From: Candidatus Acidiferrales bacterium
GTDB taxonomy: Bacteria > Eisenbacteria > RBG-16-71-46
NCBI GenBank assembly: GCA_035500415.1
Contig: DATJXF010000033.1
Span: 1-59,052, forward strand
Direction: 5' to 3'
DNA length: 59,052 nucleotides
Shown here: positions 51,187 through 59,052 of the stretch, piece by piece
How positions within the stretch are numbered: the first letter of the stretch is position 1
Layout of the letters: the number at the start of each line of letters is the position of its first letter
Position numbers and translations under genes: made by a program
The notes under the pieces: generated by a model
Told to the model about the DNA's origin: nothing
The model's input: the letters and a program-made list of their open reading frames with translations, nothing else
Database searches by the model: none

Positions 51187-51987
51187 ATGACCGACCTGAC
51201 GCTGCGCGGCTACGAATACCTGCGTCAGCAGGTGCTCGAGGCGATCGCCGAGGTGGGCCGCATCTTCCTCATGGTCCTCGAGACGCTGCGCTCGCTGGGC
51301 CGCGGGCTGCGCGCGGGCGGACTGATCGTGGATCAGATGAACGCGATCGGCGTGCAGTCGCTGATGCTCGTGTTCATCGTGAGCCTGTTCACGGGCGCGG
51401 TCGCGGCGGTGCAGGCGGCCTACCAGTTCTCGAACGTCGTGCCGCTCAAGTTCCTCGGCTCCGTGATCCTGCGCTCGGTCATCATCGAGCTGGGACCCGT
51501 GCTCACCGCGCTCATCGTGGGCGGCCGCGTCGGCGCCTCGATCGCCGCCGAGCTCGGCACCATGCGCGTCACCGAACAGATCGACGCGCTCGAGGCGATG
51601 GCGATCAACCCCGTGCGCTACCTCGTGGTGCCGCGCGTCGTCGCGGCGATCGTCATGCTGCCCGTGCTCACGGTGCTCTCCGACGCGATCGGCGTGATGG
51701 GCGGCTACGTCGTCGCGGTGACGAGCATCGGCGTGAGCACGCACACCTACGTGACGGGCCTCAAGCAGTTCTTCTTCACGAAGGACCTGATGTCCGGGCT
51801 CATCAAGTCGCTCTTCTTCGGCGGGATCATCGGCTGGATGGGCTGCTACTACGGTTTCCGCACCGAGGGCGGCGCCGAGGGCGTCGGCGTCGCGACGACG
51901 CGCGCCGTGGTCGCGAGCTGCGTGCTCGTGCTCATCAGCGACTACGTGCTCGCGAACGTGCTGTTCCGGTTCATCTTCGCGTCATGA
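51187..51987 (+). CDS. mlaE: MlaE-family ABC transporter permease
   Basis: GPVLTALIVGGRVGASIAAELGTMRVTEQIDALEAMAINPVRYLVVPRV. Confidence 0.88.
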   Translation: MTDLTLRGYEYLRQQVLEAIAEVGRIFLMVLETLRSLGRGLRAGGLIVDQMNAIGVQSLMLVFIVSLFTGAVAAVQAAYQFSNVVPLKFLGSVILRSVIIELGPVLTALIVGGRVGASIAAELGTMRVTEQIDALEAMAINPVRYLVVPRVVAAIVMLPVLTVLSDAIGVMGGYVVAVTSIGVSTHTYVTGLKQFFFTKDLMSGLIKSLFFGGIIGWMGCYYGFRTEGGAEGVGVATTRAVVASCVLVLISDYVLANVLFRFIFAS

Positions 51988-52730
51988 TCCGCATTCGCGG
52001 GCTGCGCAAGCAGCTGGGCCAGAAACGAGTGCTGGACGGCGTCGATCTCGACATCCCGACGGGCAAGACGGTCGTGGTGATCGGACGCAGCGGCACCGGC
52101 AAGAGCGTCCTGCTCAAGCACATCATCGGGCTCATGCGGCCGGACGCGGGCACGATCGAGGTCGACGGCCAGCCGGTCGTCGGCCTGCGCGAGCGCGAGC
52201 TCAACGAGGTGCGCAAGCGCTTCGGGCTGCTCTTCCAGGGCGCCGCGCTGTTCGATTCGCTGACCGTGGGCGAGAACGTCGCGCTGCCCCTGCGCGAGCA
52301 CACGCGGTTCACGGGCGAGCAGATCGAGCAGCGCGTGGCCGAGCGCCTCGAGTGGGTGGGCCTCAAGGACATCGAGGACATGAAGCCGGCATCGCTCTCG
52401 GGCGGCATGCGCAAGCGCGTCGGCCTCGCGCGGGCGATCGCGATGGATCCCGCGTACATTCTGTACGACGAGCCGACCACCGGGCTCGACCCGATCATGG
52501 CGGACGTCATCAACCGCCTGATCCGCTCGCTGCAGCAGCGCACCGGCGTCACGGGCGTGGTCGTGACGCACGACATGGGCAGCGCGTACCACGTCGGGGA
52601 CGAGCTCGCCATGCTGCACGAGGGCCGCGTGGTCTTCACGGGCACGCCCGACGAAGCGCGCCAGACGCGCGATCCGCTGGTCCGACAGTTCATCGAGGGC
52701 TCGAGCGAGGGCCCGATCAAGCCGCTCTGA
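51984..52730 (+). CDS. mlaF: MlaF-like ABC transporter ATP-binding protein
   Basis: The start overlaps the mlaE stop (ATGA). GRSGTGKSVLLKHI, LSGGMRKRVGLARA, ILYDEPTTGLDP. Confidence 0.9.
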   Translation: MIRIRGLRKQLGQKRVLDGVDLDIPTGKTVVVIGRSGTGKSVLLKHIIGLMRPDAGTIEVDGQPVVGLRERELNEVRKRFGLLFQGAALFDSLTVGENVALPLREHTRFTGEQIEQRVAERLEWVGLKDIEDMKPASLSGGMRKRVGLARAIAMDPAYILYDEPTTGLDPIMADVINRLIRSLQQRTGVTGVVVTHDMGSAYHVGDELAMLHEGRVVFTGTPDEARQTRDPLVRQFIEGSSEGPIKPL

Positions 52731-52745
52731 CGGCGGGAGAGACTT

Positions 52746-53639
52746 GTGAGTCGAAGAACCGAGATCCAGGTGGGCCTGACGGTGCTGGTCGCGCTCGTCG
52801 TGCTGCTCTGGGGCGTGACCTGGCTCAAGGACCTCAGCCTGCAACGCCGCGTGACCGTGTGGCACGTGCGCTTCCCGCAGACGGGCGGGCTCGGCGCGAG
52901 CGACGAGGTGCTCGTGAACGGCATCCGCAAGGGCGCGGTGAGCGACCTCCACCTCGACGGCGACGCGGTCATCGTCGATCTCGCGCTCGACTCCGACGTG
53001 CGGCTCACCTCGGCGAGCCGCGTCGCCATCCGCAACGTCGGCCTCATGGGCGAAAAGGTGATCGCCGTCGACCTGCGCACATCGGGCGTCCGGCTGGCGC
53101 CGCGCGACACCGTGTCGGGCATCTACGAGCTCGGCATGGGCGAGGTGATGGCCGACGTCGGCACGTCGATGGCGGCGGTCGACCGCGTGGTCGGCGCGCT
53201 CGACGGGCTCGCGAACCGTCTCGACCGCAACGGCAACGTCGACCAGACGACGGACAACCTGCGCAAGGCGAGCGAGCAGCTCGCGGCGGCCGTGGTCGAG
53301 AACCGCAAGCTCGTCCACGAGACGCTCGAGAACGCCGACGCGGTCTCGAAGACCGCGCGCGCGATGACGACGGACCGGCAGGCCCAGTACGTGCGCATGG
53401 TCGATGCGATGGATCGCACGACGCACAACGTCGAGGCGCTCTCGATGCGGCTCGATTCGCTGCGAGCGACGATGCAGTCGATCGCCGACAAGGCCGATCA
53501 CGGCGACGGCTCGGTCGCGCAGCTGCTCAACGACCGGGCGCTCTACGATCACGTGCGCGACTCCGCGAAGGCGCTTCAGGACCTGCTCGAGGACGTGAAG
53601 AAGCATCCGCGAAAGTACCTCAACCTGAGCATCTTCTGA
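52746..53639 (+). CDS. mlaD: MlaD/MCE-domain protein
   Basis: TM anchor EIQVGLTVLVALVVLLWG, MCE domain (VLVNGIRKGAVSDLHL), helical C-terminal region. Confidence 0.8.
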   Translation: MSRRTEIQVGLTVLVALVVLLWGVTWLKDLSLQRRVTVWHVRFPQTGGLGASDEVLVNGIRKGAVSDLHLDGDAVIVDLALDSDVRLTSASRVAIRNVGLMGEKVIAVDLRTSGVRLAPRDTVSGIYELGMGEVMADVGTSMAAVDRVVGALDGLANRLDRNGNVDQTTDNLRKASEQLAAAVVENRKLVHETLENADAVSKTARAMTTDRQAQYVRMVDAMDRTTHNVEALSMRLDSLRATMQSIADKADHGDGSVAQLLNDRALYDHVRDSAKALQDLLEDVKKHPRKYLNLSIF

Positions 53640-53661
53640 TCCGCCCCCGTCGGGACGAGCC

Positions 53662-55140
53662 ATGACGCGCTCCGCGCGCACGCCGAAGACGAAGACCTCG
53701 TTCTACTGCACCGCATGCGGCAACGAGCAGTCGCGCTGGTTCGGGCACTGCCCCGCGTGCGGCGAGTGGAACACCGCAGCGGAAGCGCCTTCGGGCAACG
53801 CCGCGAAACCGGCGACCGGCCCGCGTCGGGCCGGCGCCGCGCGCTGGACGCCGCGCGCGGCCGGCGCGCCGGGTGCGCCCGCCGCGCCCGCTCCGCTCGC
53901 AGGCGTCGAGCTCGAGGCCGCACCGCGCACTCACACGGGGCTCGGCGAGCTCGACCGGGTGCTGGGCGGCGGCATCGTGCCCGGCTCGCTCGTGCTCGTG
54001 GGCGGCGATCCCGGGATCGGCAAGAGCACGCTGCTGCTCCAGCTCGCGATGGCCCTCGGCCGCGACGGGCGACGCGTGCTCTACGTCTCGGGCGAGGAGA
54101 GCGAGCACCAGATCCGGCTGCGCGCCTCGCGGCTCGGCGCCGTGCCGCAAGGGCTGCTGCTCCTTTGCGAGACCGACCTCGAGGCCGTGCTCGAGGGCGC
54201 CGCCGGCGTCTCGCCCGACGCGCTGATCGTCGATTCGATCCAGACGCTCGCCCGCTCGGATCTGGAGGGCGGCCCGGGCTCGGTGACGCAGGTGCGCGAG
54301 TGCGGCCTCGCGCTGCTCCACTTCGCGAAGGGCTCGCGCACGCCCGTCTTCCTGGTCGGCCATGTGACCAAGGACGGCGCGGTTGCCGGCCCGCGCGTGC
54401 TCGAGCACATGGTCGATGCGGTGCTCTACCTCGAGGGCGAGCGCTACCAGCACTACCGCGTGCTGCGCGCGGCGAAGAACCGCTTCGGCTCGACCAACGA
54501 GCTCGGCGTCTTCGAGATGCTCGAGACGGGCCTGCGCGAGGTGCCGAACCCCAGCGAGGCGTTCCTCTCGCCCGGCGGAGGCGCCGGGCCGGGCGTCGCG
54601 GTGGTCGCGAGCCTCGAGGGGTCGCGGCCGCTGCTGGTCGAGGTGCAGGCGCTCGTCTCGGGCTCCTACTACGGCACACCGCAGCGTGTGACGCGCGGCT
54701 TCGATCCGCGCCGGCTCGCGGTGCTGCTCGCCGTGCTCGAGCGCCGGGTCGGCCTGAAGCTCGGGCGGCACGACGTGTTCGTGAGCGTCACGGGCGGGCT
54801 CACGCTCGACGATCCCGGCACCGACCTGGGCGTCGCGCTCGCCGTGGCGTCGAGCTTCCGCAGCCGGCCGCTCCTCGAGCGCACGCTCGCGCTCGGCGAG
54901 CTCTCGCTCTCGGGCGAGCTGCGCCGCGTCGCGCGGCTCGAGGCGCGGCTGCGCGAGGCCGCGCGGCTCGGCTTCGTGCGCGCCGGGGTGCCGCGCGTGC
55001 AGGCGGCCGAGGCGCAGGGCTGCGGGCTCGAGGCCGTGCCGCTCGCGACCGCGCGCGAGGCGTTCGATGCGCTGCTCGGCGAGCGCGTGGCGCCGCCGGG
55101 CCCGCCCGCCGCGCCCGCGGGAGCGGAGCCTCCACGATGA
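53662..55140 (+). CDS. radA: DNA repair protein RadA
   Basis: Zn finger CTACGNEQSRWFGHCPACGEWN, Walker A GGDPGIGKSTLLLQ, KNRFGSTNE, Lon-like C-terminal domain. Confidence 0.95.
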   Translation: MTRSARTPKTKTSFYCTACGNEQSRWFGHCPACGEWNTAAEAPSGNAAKPATGPRRAGAARWTPRAAGAPGAPAAPAPLAGVELEAAPRTHTGLGELDRVLGGGIVPGSLVLVGGDPGIGKSTLLLQLAMALGRDGRRVLYVSGEESEHQIRLRASRLGAVPQGLLLLCETDLEAVLEGAAGVSPDALIVDSIQTLARSDLEGGPGSVTQVRECGLALLHFAKGSRTPVFLVGHVTKDGAVAGPRVLEHMVDAVLYLEGERYQHYRVLRAAKNRFGSTNELGVFEMLETGLREVPNPSEAFLSPGGGAGPGVAVVASLEGSRPLLVEVQALVSGSYYGTPQRVTRGFDPRRLAVLLAVLERRVGLKLGRHDVFVSVTGGLTLDDPGTDLGVALAVASSFRSRPLLERTLALGELSLSGELRRVARLEARLREAARLGFVRAGVPRVQAAEAQGCGLEAVPLATAREAFDALLGERVAPPGPPAAPAGAEPPR

Positions 55141-55634
55141 GCACGCCCTCGCACGGCACCCGCCCCTTGAGCGACGCGGCGCTGCGCGTGCAGGACGCGC
55201 TGCGCGCCGCCGGCTTCACGAACACCGTGCTCGAGCTCGCCGAGCCCGTGAAGACCGCACAGGCGGCCGCGGACGCCGTCGGCTGCTCGGTCGCCCAGAT
55301 CGTGAAGAGCCTCGTCTTTCGCGGGGAGACGAGCGGCCGGGCGCTGCTGGTCGTCGCGAGCGGCGCGCGCCGAGTCGACACGGAGCGCCTCGCGGTGCTC
55401 GCCGGCGAGTCCGTGGCGATGGGCGATCCGCGGTTCGTGCGCGCTGCGACGGGATTCGCGATCGGCGGCATCCCGCCGCTCGGTCATGCCCAGCCGCTCA
55501 CCGTGTTCGTCGATTCGAGCCTGCTCGCGCTCGATTCGCTGTGGGCGGCGGCGGGACATCCCAACTCGCTCTTCCCGCTCACCCCGGACGAGCTCTGCCG
55601 CATGACAGGCGGGCGCGTGGCGGACGTCACGTGA
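55137..55634 (+). CDS. YbaK/EbsC-family aminoacyl-tRNA editing domain protein
   Basis: ATG 55137 overlaps the radA stop (ATGA). VAQIVKSLVF .. GFAIGGIPPLGH. Confidence 0.8.
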   Translation: MSTPSHGTRPLSDAALRVQDALRAAGFTNTVLELAEPVKTAQAAADAVGCSVAQIVKSLVFRGETSGRALLVVASGARRVDTERLAVLAGESVAMGDPRFVRAATGFAIGGIPPLGHAQPLTVFVDSSLLALDSLWAAAGHPNSLFPLTPDELCRMTGGRVADVT

Positions 55635-56320
55635 GCCTCGCCGCGATCCTGGTGTGCGCGGGCCGCGGCGAACGGCTCGGCGTCGGCGTCGCGAAGGCGC
55701 TCGTGCCGCTCGCGGGCCGGCCGCTCTTCACGTGGAGCCTCGCGGCGCTGCAGCGCTCGCCGGACGTGGACGCGATCGTGGTCGTGGGCCCGGTGCGGCC
55801 GCTGCGCGAGCTGCTCGCCGCGTCGGGGCGCAGCGCGACCAAGGTGGCGGCCTGGGTCGAGGGCGGTGCCGAGCGCCAGCAATCGGTGGCGCGGGGCCTC
55901 GCGGCCGTGCCCGCGGGACACGACTGGATCGCGGTGCACGACGGCGCACGTGCGCTGGTCGGCGATGGCGTGATCGCGCGCGCGATCGCGGCGGCACGGA
56001 CGCACGGCGCGGCGATCGCCGCGATCCCGCTGCCCGACACGCTCAAGCGCGTCGAGGGTGGCGCGATCGCAGGAACGCCGCCGCGCGACGGCCTCTGGTG
56101 CGCGCAGACGCCGCAGGTCTTCCGCCGCGACTGGCTCGAGGCCGCGCACGCGGCCGCGCGCGACGCGGCGACCGACGACGCGGCGCTCGTCGAAGCGCTC
56201 GGCCACGTCGTGCACGTCGCCGAGGGGGATCCGCTCAATTTCAAGATCACGACCGCCGCCGACCTGGCGCTCGCCGAGCGCTGGCTCGCCGCCGGAGCGC
56301 ACGAGGCGACGCGGCCATGA
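55631..56320 (+). CDS. ispD: 2-C-methyl-D-erythritol 4-phosphate cytidylyltransferase
   Basis: GTG 55631 overlaps the upstream stop (GTGA). AILVCAGRGERLG, AVHDGARAL, TDDAALVE. Confidence 0.92.
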   Translation: MSLAAILVCAGRGERLGVGVAKALVPLAGRPLFTWSLAALQRSPDVDAIVVVGPVRPLRELLAASGRSATKVAAWVEGGAERQQSVARGLAAVPAGHDWIAVHDGARALVGDGVIARAIAAARTHGAAIAAIPLPDTLKRVEGGAIAGTPPRDGLWCAQTPQVFRRDWLEAAHAAARDAATDDAALVEALGHVVHVAEGDPLNFKITTAADLALAERWLAAGAHEATRP

Positions 56321-56823
56321 ACGCGCCGCGCGTCGGGCTCGGCTACGACGTCCACCGCATCGCGACGGGCCGGCCGCTCGTGCTGGGCGGCGTGCGGATC
56401 GAGAACCCGTGGGGACTCGAGGGCCACAGCGACGCCGACGTCCTGCTCCACGCGATCGGCGACGCGCTGCTCGGCGCGGCGTCGCTCGGCGACCTCGGCG
56501 AGCACTTCCCGCCTGACGATCCGGCGTGGAAGGATGCTTCGAGCCTCGATCTGCTGGCAGGCATCGCCGCGCGGCTCGCCGCCGCTGGCGCGCGCGTGTT
56601 CAACGTCGACGCGATGGTCGTCGCCGAGGCGCCGCGCCTCGCGCCGCATCGCGCGGCGATGTGCGCGAACGTCGCGCGCGTGCTCGGGATCGAGCGGACG
56701 TGCGTCTCGGTCAAGGCGACGACGAACGAGCAGCTGGGGGCGCTGGGACGCGGCGAGGGCGTGGCGGCGCTCGCCGTCGCGCTGGTCGGGCTCGCGCCCG
56801 GCGGCGCGGCGGGGAGCGACTGA
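56317..56823 (+). CDS. ispF: 2-C-methyl-D-erythritol 2,4-cyclodiphosphate synthase
   Basis: ATG 56317 overlaps the ispD stop (ATGA). GLGYDVHR .. GHSDADVLLHAIGDALLGA .. GDLGEHFP. Confidence 0.95.
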   Translation: MNAPRVGLGYDVHRIATGRPLVLGGVRIENPWGLEGHSDADVLLHAIGDALLGAASLGDLGEHFPPDDPAWKDASSLDLLAGIAARLAAAGARVFNVDAMVVAEAPRLAPHRAAMCANVARVLGIERTCVSVKATTNEQLGALGRGEGVAALAVALVGLAPGGAAGSD

Positions 56824-56826
56824 ATC

Positions 56827-58308
56827 GTGTCCGACGTCCGCGTCCGCTTCGCCCCGAGCCCGACGGGCTGGCTGCACGTGGGCGGCGCGCGCACGGCGTA
56901 CTTCAACTGGCTCTTCGCCCGCCAGCGCAAGGGCACGTTGGTGCTGCGCATCGAGGACACCGACGTGGCGCGCTCCGATCGAGGGCTCGAGCAGGGCGTG
57001 CTCGACGACCTCGCCTGGCTCGGCCTCGACTGGGACGAGGGCCCGGATCGCCCCGGCCCGTACGGTCCGTATCGCCAGAGCGAGCGGCTGGCGCTCTACC
57101 GCGAGCGGGCGAGCGCGCTGCTCGAGGCCGGCCGCGCGTTCCGCTGTTACTGCACCGACGATGAGCTCGAGATCGCGCGGCAGTCCGCGCTCGCCGCGGG
57201 CCGCCCCCCGCAATACAACGGCCGCTGCCGCAAGCTCGCGCCGGCCGAGTCCGCGGCGCGCGCGGCGGCGGGCGAGTCCCACACGATCCGCTTCGCGGTC
57301 GATGCGGGCCGGGCGTGGACGCTGCGCGATCACGTGCGCGGCGAGGTCGTGTTCCCGGCGGGGATGATCGGCGACTTCGTGCTGCTGCGCTCGTCGGGGC
57401 TTCCGACCTACAACTTCGCCGCGGCGGTCGACGACGCGGCGATGCGCATCAGCCACGTGATCCGCGCCGAGGAGCACCTCGCGAACACGCCGCGACAGCT
57501 CATGGTCTACGAGGCGCTGGACGAGCGGCCGCCGGAGTTCGCTCACGTGGCGCTGATCCTGAACCGCGACCGCAGCAAGATGAGCAAGCGTTCCGGCGAA
57601 GCCGCGGTCGCGGTGGGCGACTGGCGCCGCGCGGGCTTCGTGCCCGAAGCGCTGCTCGCCTACCTCGCGCTGCTCGGTTTTCATCCCGGCGACGATCGCG
57701 AAGTGCTGACGCGCGAGGAGCTGATCGAGGCGTTCTCGCTCGAGCGACTCGGCAGGAGCGGCTCGGTATTCGACGCCGCGAAGCTGCGCTGGATGAACGC
57801 GCACTGGCTGCACCTTGCGAGCGGGGCGCAGATCGCCCAATGGCTCGCGACCGGACCGGGCCCGGGCGCGAGCGACGACTGGCGGGCGCGCACGGATCGG
57901 CTGCTGGCGCCGCTCTCGCCCGCGCAGCGCGAGAAGCTGCTCGAGGGCGTGCGGGGCAACGTTCCGACGCTGGCCGATCTTCCGGCCGAGCTCGGCGTCC
58001 TCGTGGGCGAGCGGCCCGCGTTCGAGCCCGAGGCCGCCGAGGCGCTGCGCGGTCCCGGCGTCGGGCCGCTGCTCGACGCCCTCGCCGGCGAGCTCGAGCC
58101 GCTTGCGCAGTGGAGCGGAGAGGGCTTTAAATCCGCGCTCCAGACCACCGGGAGCCGGCTGGGCCGCCGCGGCAGGGAACTCTTCATGCCCGTGCGCGCC
58201 GCGCTCTCGGGCCGCACCCACGGCCCCGAGCTGCCGCTGCTCGCCGAACTGCTGGGCAGGGAACGCTGTGTGCAGAGGCTGCGCGAGGCGGTCCGCCGCG
58301 CAGGCTGA
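56827..58308 (+). CDS. gltX: glutamate--tRNA ligase
   Basis: RFAPSPTGWLHVGGARTA (HIGH region), KMSKRS, 493 aa. Confidence 0.95.
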   Translation: MSDVRVRFAPSPTGWLHVGGARTAYFNWLFARQRKGTLVLRIEDTDVARSDRGLEQGVLDDLAWLGLDWDEGPDRPGPYGPYRQSERLALYRERASALLEAGRAFRCYCTDDELEIARQSALAAGRPPQYNGRCRKLAPAESAARAAAGESHTIRFAVDAGRAWTLRDHVRGEVVFPAGMIGDFVLLRSSGLPTYNFAAAVDDAAMRISHVIRAEEHLANTPRQLMVYEALDERPPEFAHVALILNRDRSKMSKRSGEAAVAVGDWRRAGFVPEALLAYLALLGFHPGDDREVLTREELIEAFSLERLGRSGSVFDAAKLRWMNAHWLHLASGAQIAQWLATGPGPGASDDWRARTDRLLAPLSPAQREKLLEGVRGNVPTLADLPAELGVLVGERPAFEPEAAEALRGPGVGPLLDALAGELEPLAQWSGEGFKSALQTTGSRLGRRGRELFMPVRAALSGRTHGPELPLLAELLGRERCVQRLREAVRRAG

Positions 58309-58332
58309 ATCGTCGGTACTCCGGGAGGGAGC

Positions 58333-59052
58333 ATGAACGTCGCCGTCCTGATGGGCGGAAGGTCGGCCGAGCGCGAGGTATCGTTCAGCAGCGGGCGCGG
58401 GATCGCACAGGCGCTCCGCGCCCTGGGCCACGAGGTGACGTCGGTCGACGCGGCCGATGGCGCAGTGCTGCCCGCGGGGCAGGAGGGCGTCGGTGCGCGA
58501 TCGCTCGCGCAGGTGCAGGCGCTGCCGCTCGAGGCGATGCTCGCGGCGATCCAGACGCCCGCCGTGCGCGCGGCCGACGTCGTCTTCATCGCGCTTCACG
58601 GCACCTGGGGCGAGGATGGCACGATCCAGGCGGCGCTCGAGCTCGCGGGAAAGGTCTACACGGGCTCGGGCGTGCTCGCGAGCGCGCTCGCGATGGACAA
58701 GGCGATGTCGAAGCGGGTCTTCGAGCGCGAAGCCCTGCCGACGCCGCACTGGATGCTGCTCGAGGCCGGCGTCGCGGGCAGCGCGCTCGACGTGAGCCTG
58801 CTCGGCGGCTTCCCGCTCGTCGTCAAGCCGAATGCGGAGGGCTCGACGATCGGGCTCAGCATCGTGCGCCATCCGTCCGAGCTCGAGCCGGCGATCGCGA
58901 AGGCCTCGGAGCACGGCTCGCAGGTGCTCGTCGAGCAGTTCATCGAGGGCCGCGAGCTCACCGTGGCGATCATCGGCGAGGTGGCCTATCCGATCGTCGA
59001 GATCGAGCCGCGGAGCGGTTTCTACGACTACGCGTCCAAGTACACGAAGGGC
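58333..59052 (+). CDS. ddl: D-alanine--D-alanine ligase, C-terminus beyond right edge
   Basis: GGGAGGGA lies upstream of ATG 58333. My translation reads MNVAVLMGGRSAEREVSFSSGRGIA .. FIALHGTWGEDGTIQ .. VVKPNAEGSTIGLS. The frame is open to the window end. Confidence 0.9.
   Translation, partial: MNVAVLMGGRSAEREVSFSSGRGIAQALRALGHEVTSVDAADGAVLPAGQEGVGARSLAQVQALPLEAMLAAIQTPAVRAADVVFIALHGTWGEDGTIQAALELAGKVYTGSGVLASALAMDKAMSKRVFEREALPTPHWMLLEAGVAGSALDVSLLGGFPLVVKPNAEGSTIGLSIVRHPSELEPAIAKASEHGSQVLVEQFIEGRELTVAIIGEVAYPIVEIEPRSGFYDYASKYTKG

Overview
59-kb chromosomal segment of a very GC-rich diderm bacterium. A hand count of a 60-nt selB sample gives 78% G+C. T9SS-type C-terminal sorting domains, Mla, TolC and SelB suggest an FCB-group or Gemmatimonadota-like lineage; this is inference only. 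I support about 55 tightly packed protein genes, mostly housekeeping. They include rho; rpmE-DUF1385-prfA ... prmC; murA; selB; gdhA; yicC-gmk-rpoZ-coaBC-UDG-dnaB; and mlaEFD-radA-ybaK-ispD-ispF-gltX-ddl. There are also two two-component modules, two S41 peptidases flanking rho, and a TetR-controlled TolC/HlyD/ABC efflux operon. I saw no rRNA, tRNA, CRISPR array, transposase or integrase. The many long R/A/P/G-rich antisense ORFs in the track are GC-driven shadow ORFs. Points worth a second look: (1) about 7 kb of non-housekeeping DNA separates prfA from prmC. It holds a membrane protein, a CxxC thioredoxin-fold protein, two paralogous small secreted Cys/hydrophobic peptides of no family I recognise, and two lower-GC T9SS cargo genes. 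(2) The first T9SS gene is split from its own signal peptide by a G9 homopolymer, so it is either phase-variable or a pseudogene. (3) A clearly lower-GC HNH nuclease gene sits between selB and a phosphatase gene. (4) The rho leader is long and C-rich, and a hairpin-dense spacer precedes its promoter. (5) An AT-rich perfect palindrome is a candidate TetR operator. (6) selB has no selenoprotein partner in the window, and there is a pseudo-receiver/receiver/PPDK_N protein and several coding tandem repeats. All family names come from motif recognition by eye. No database search was run.
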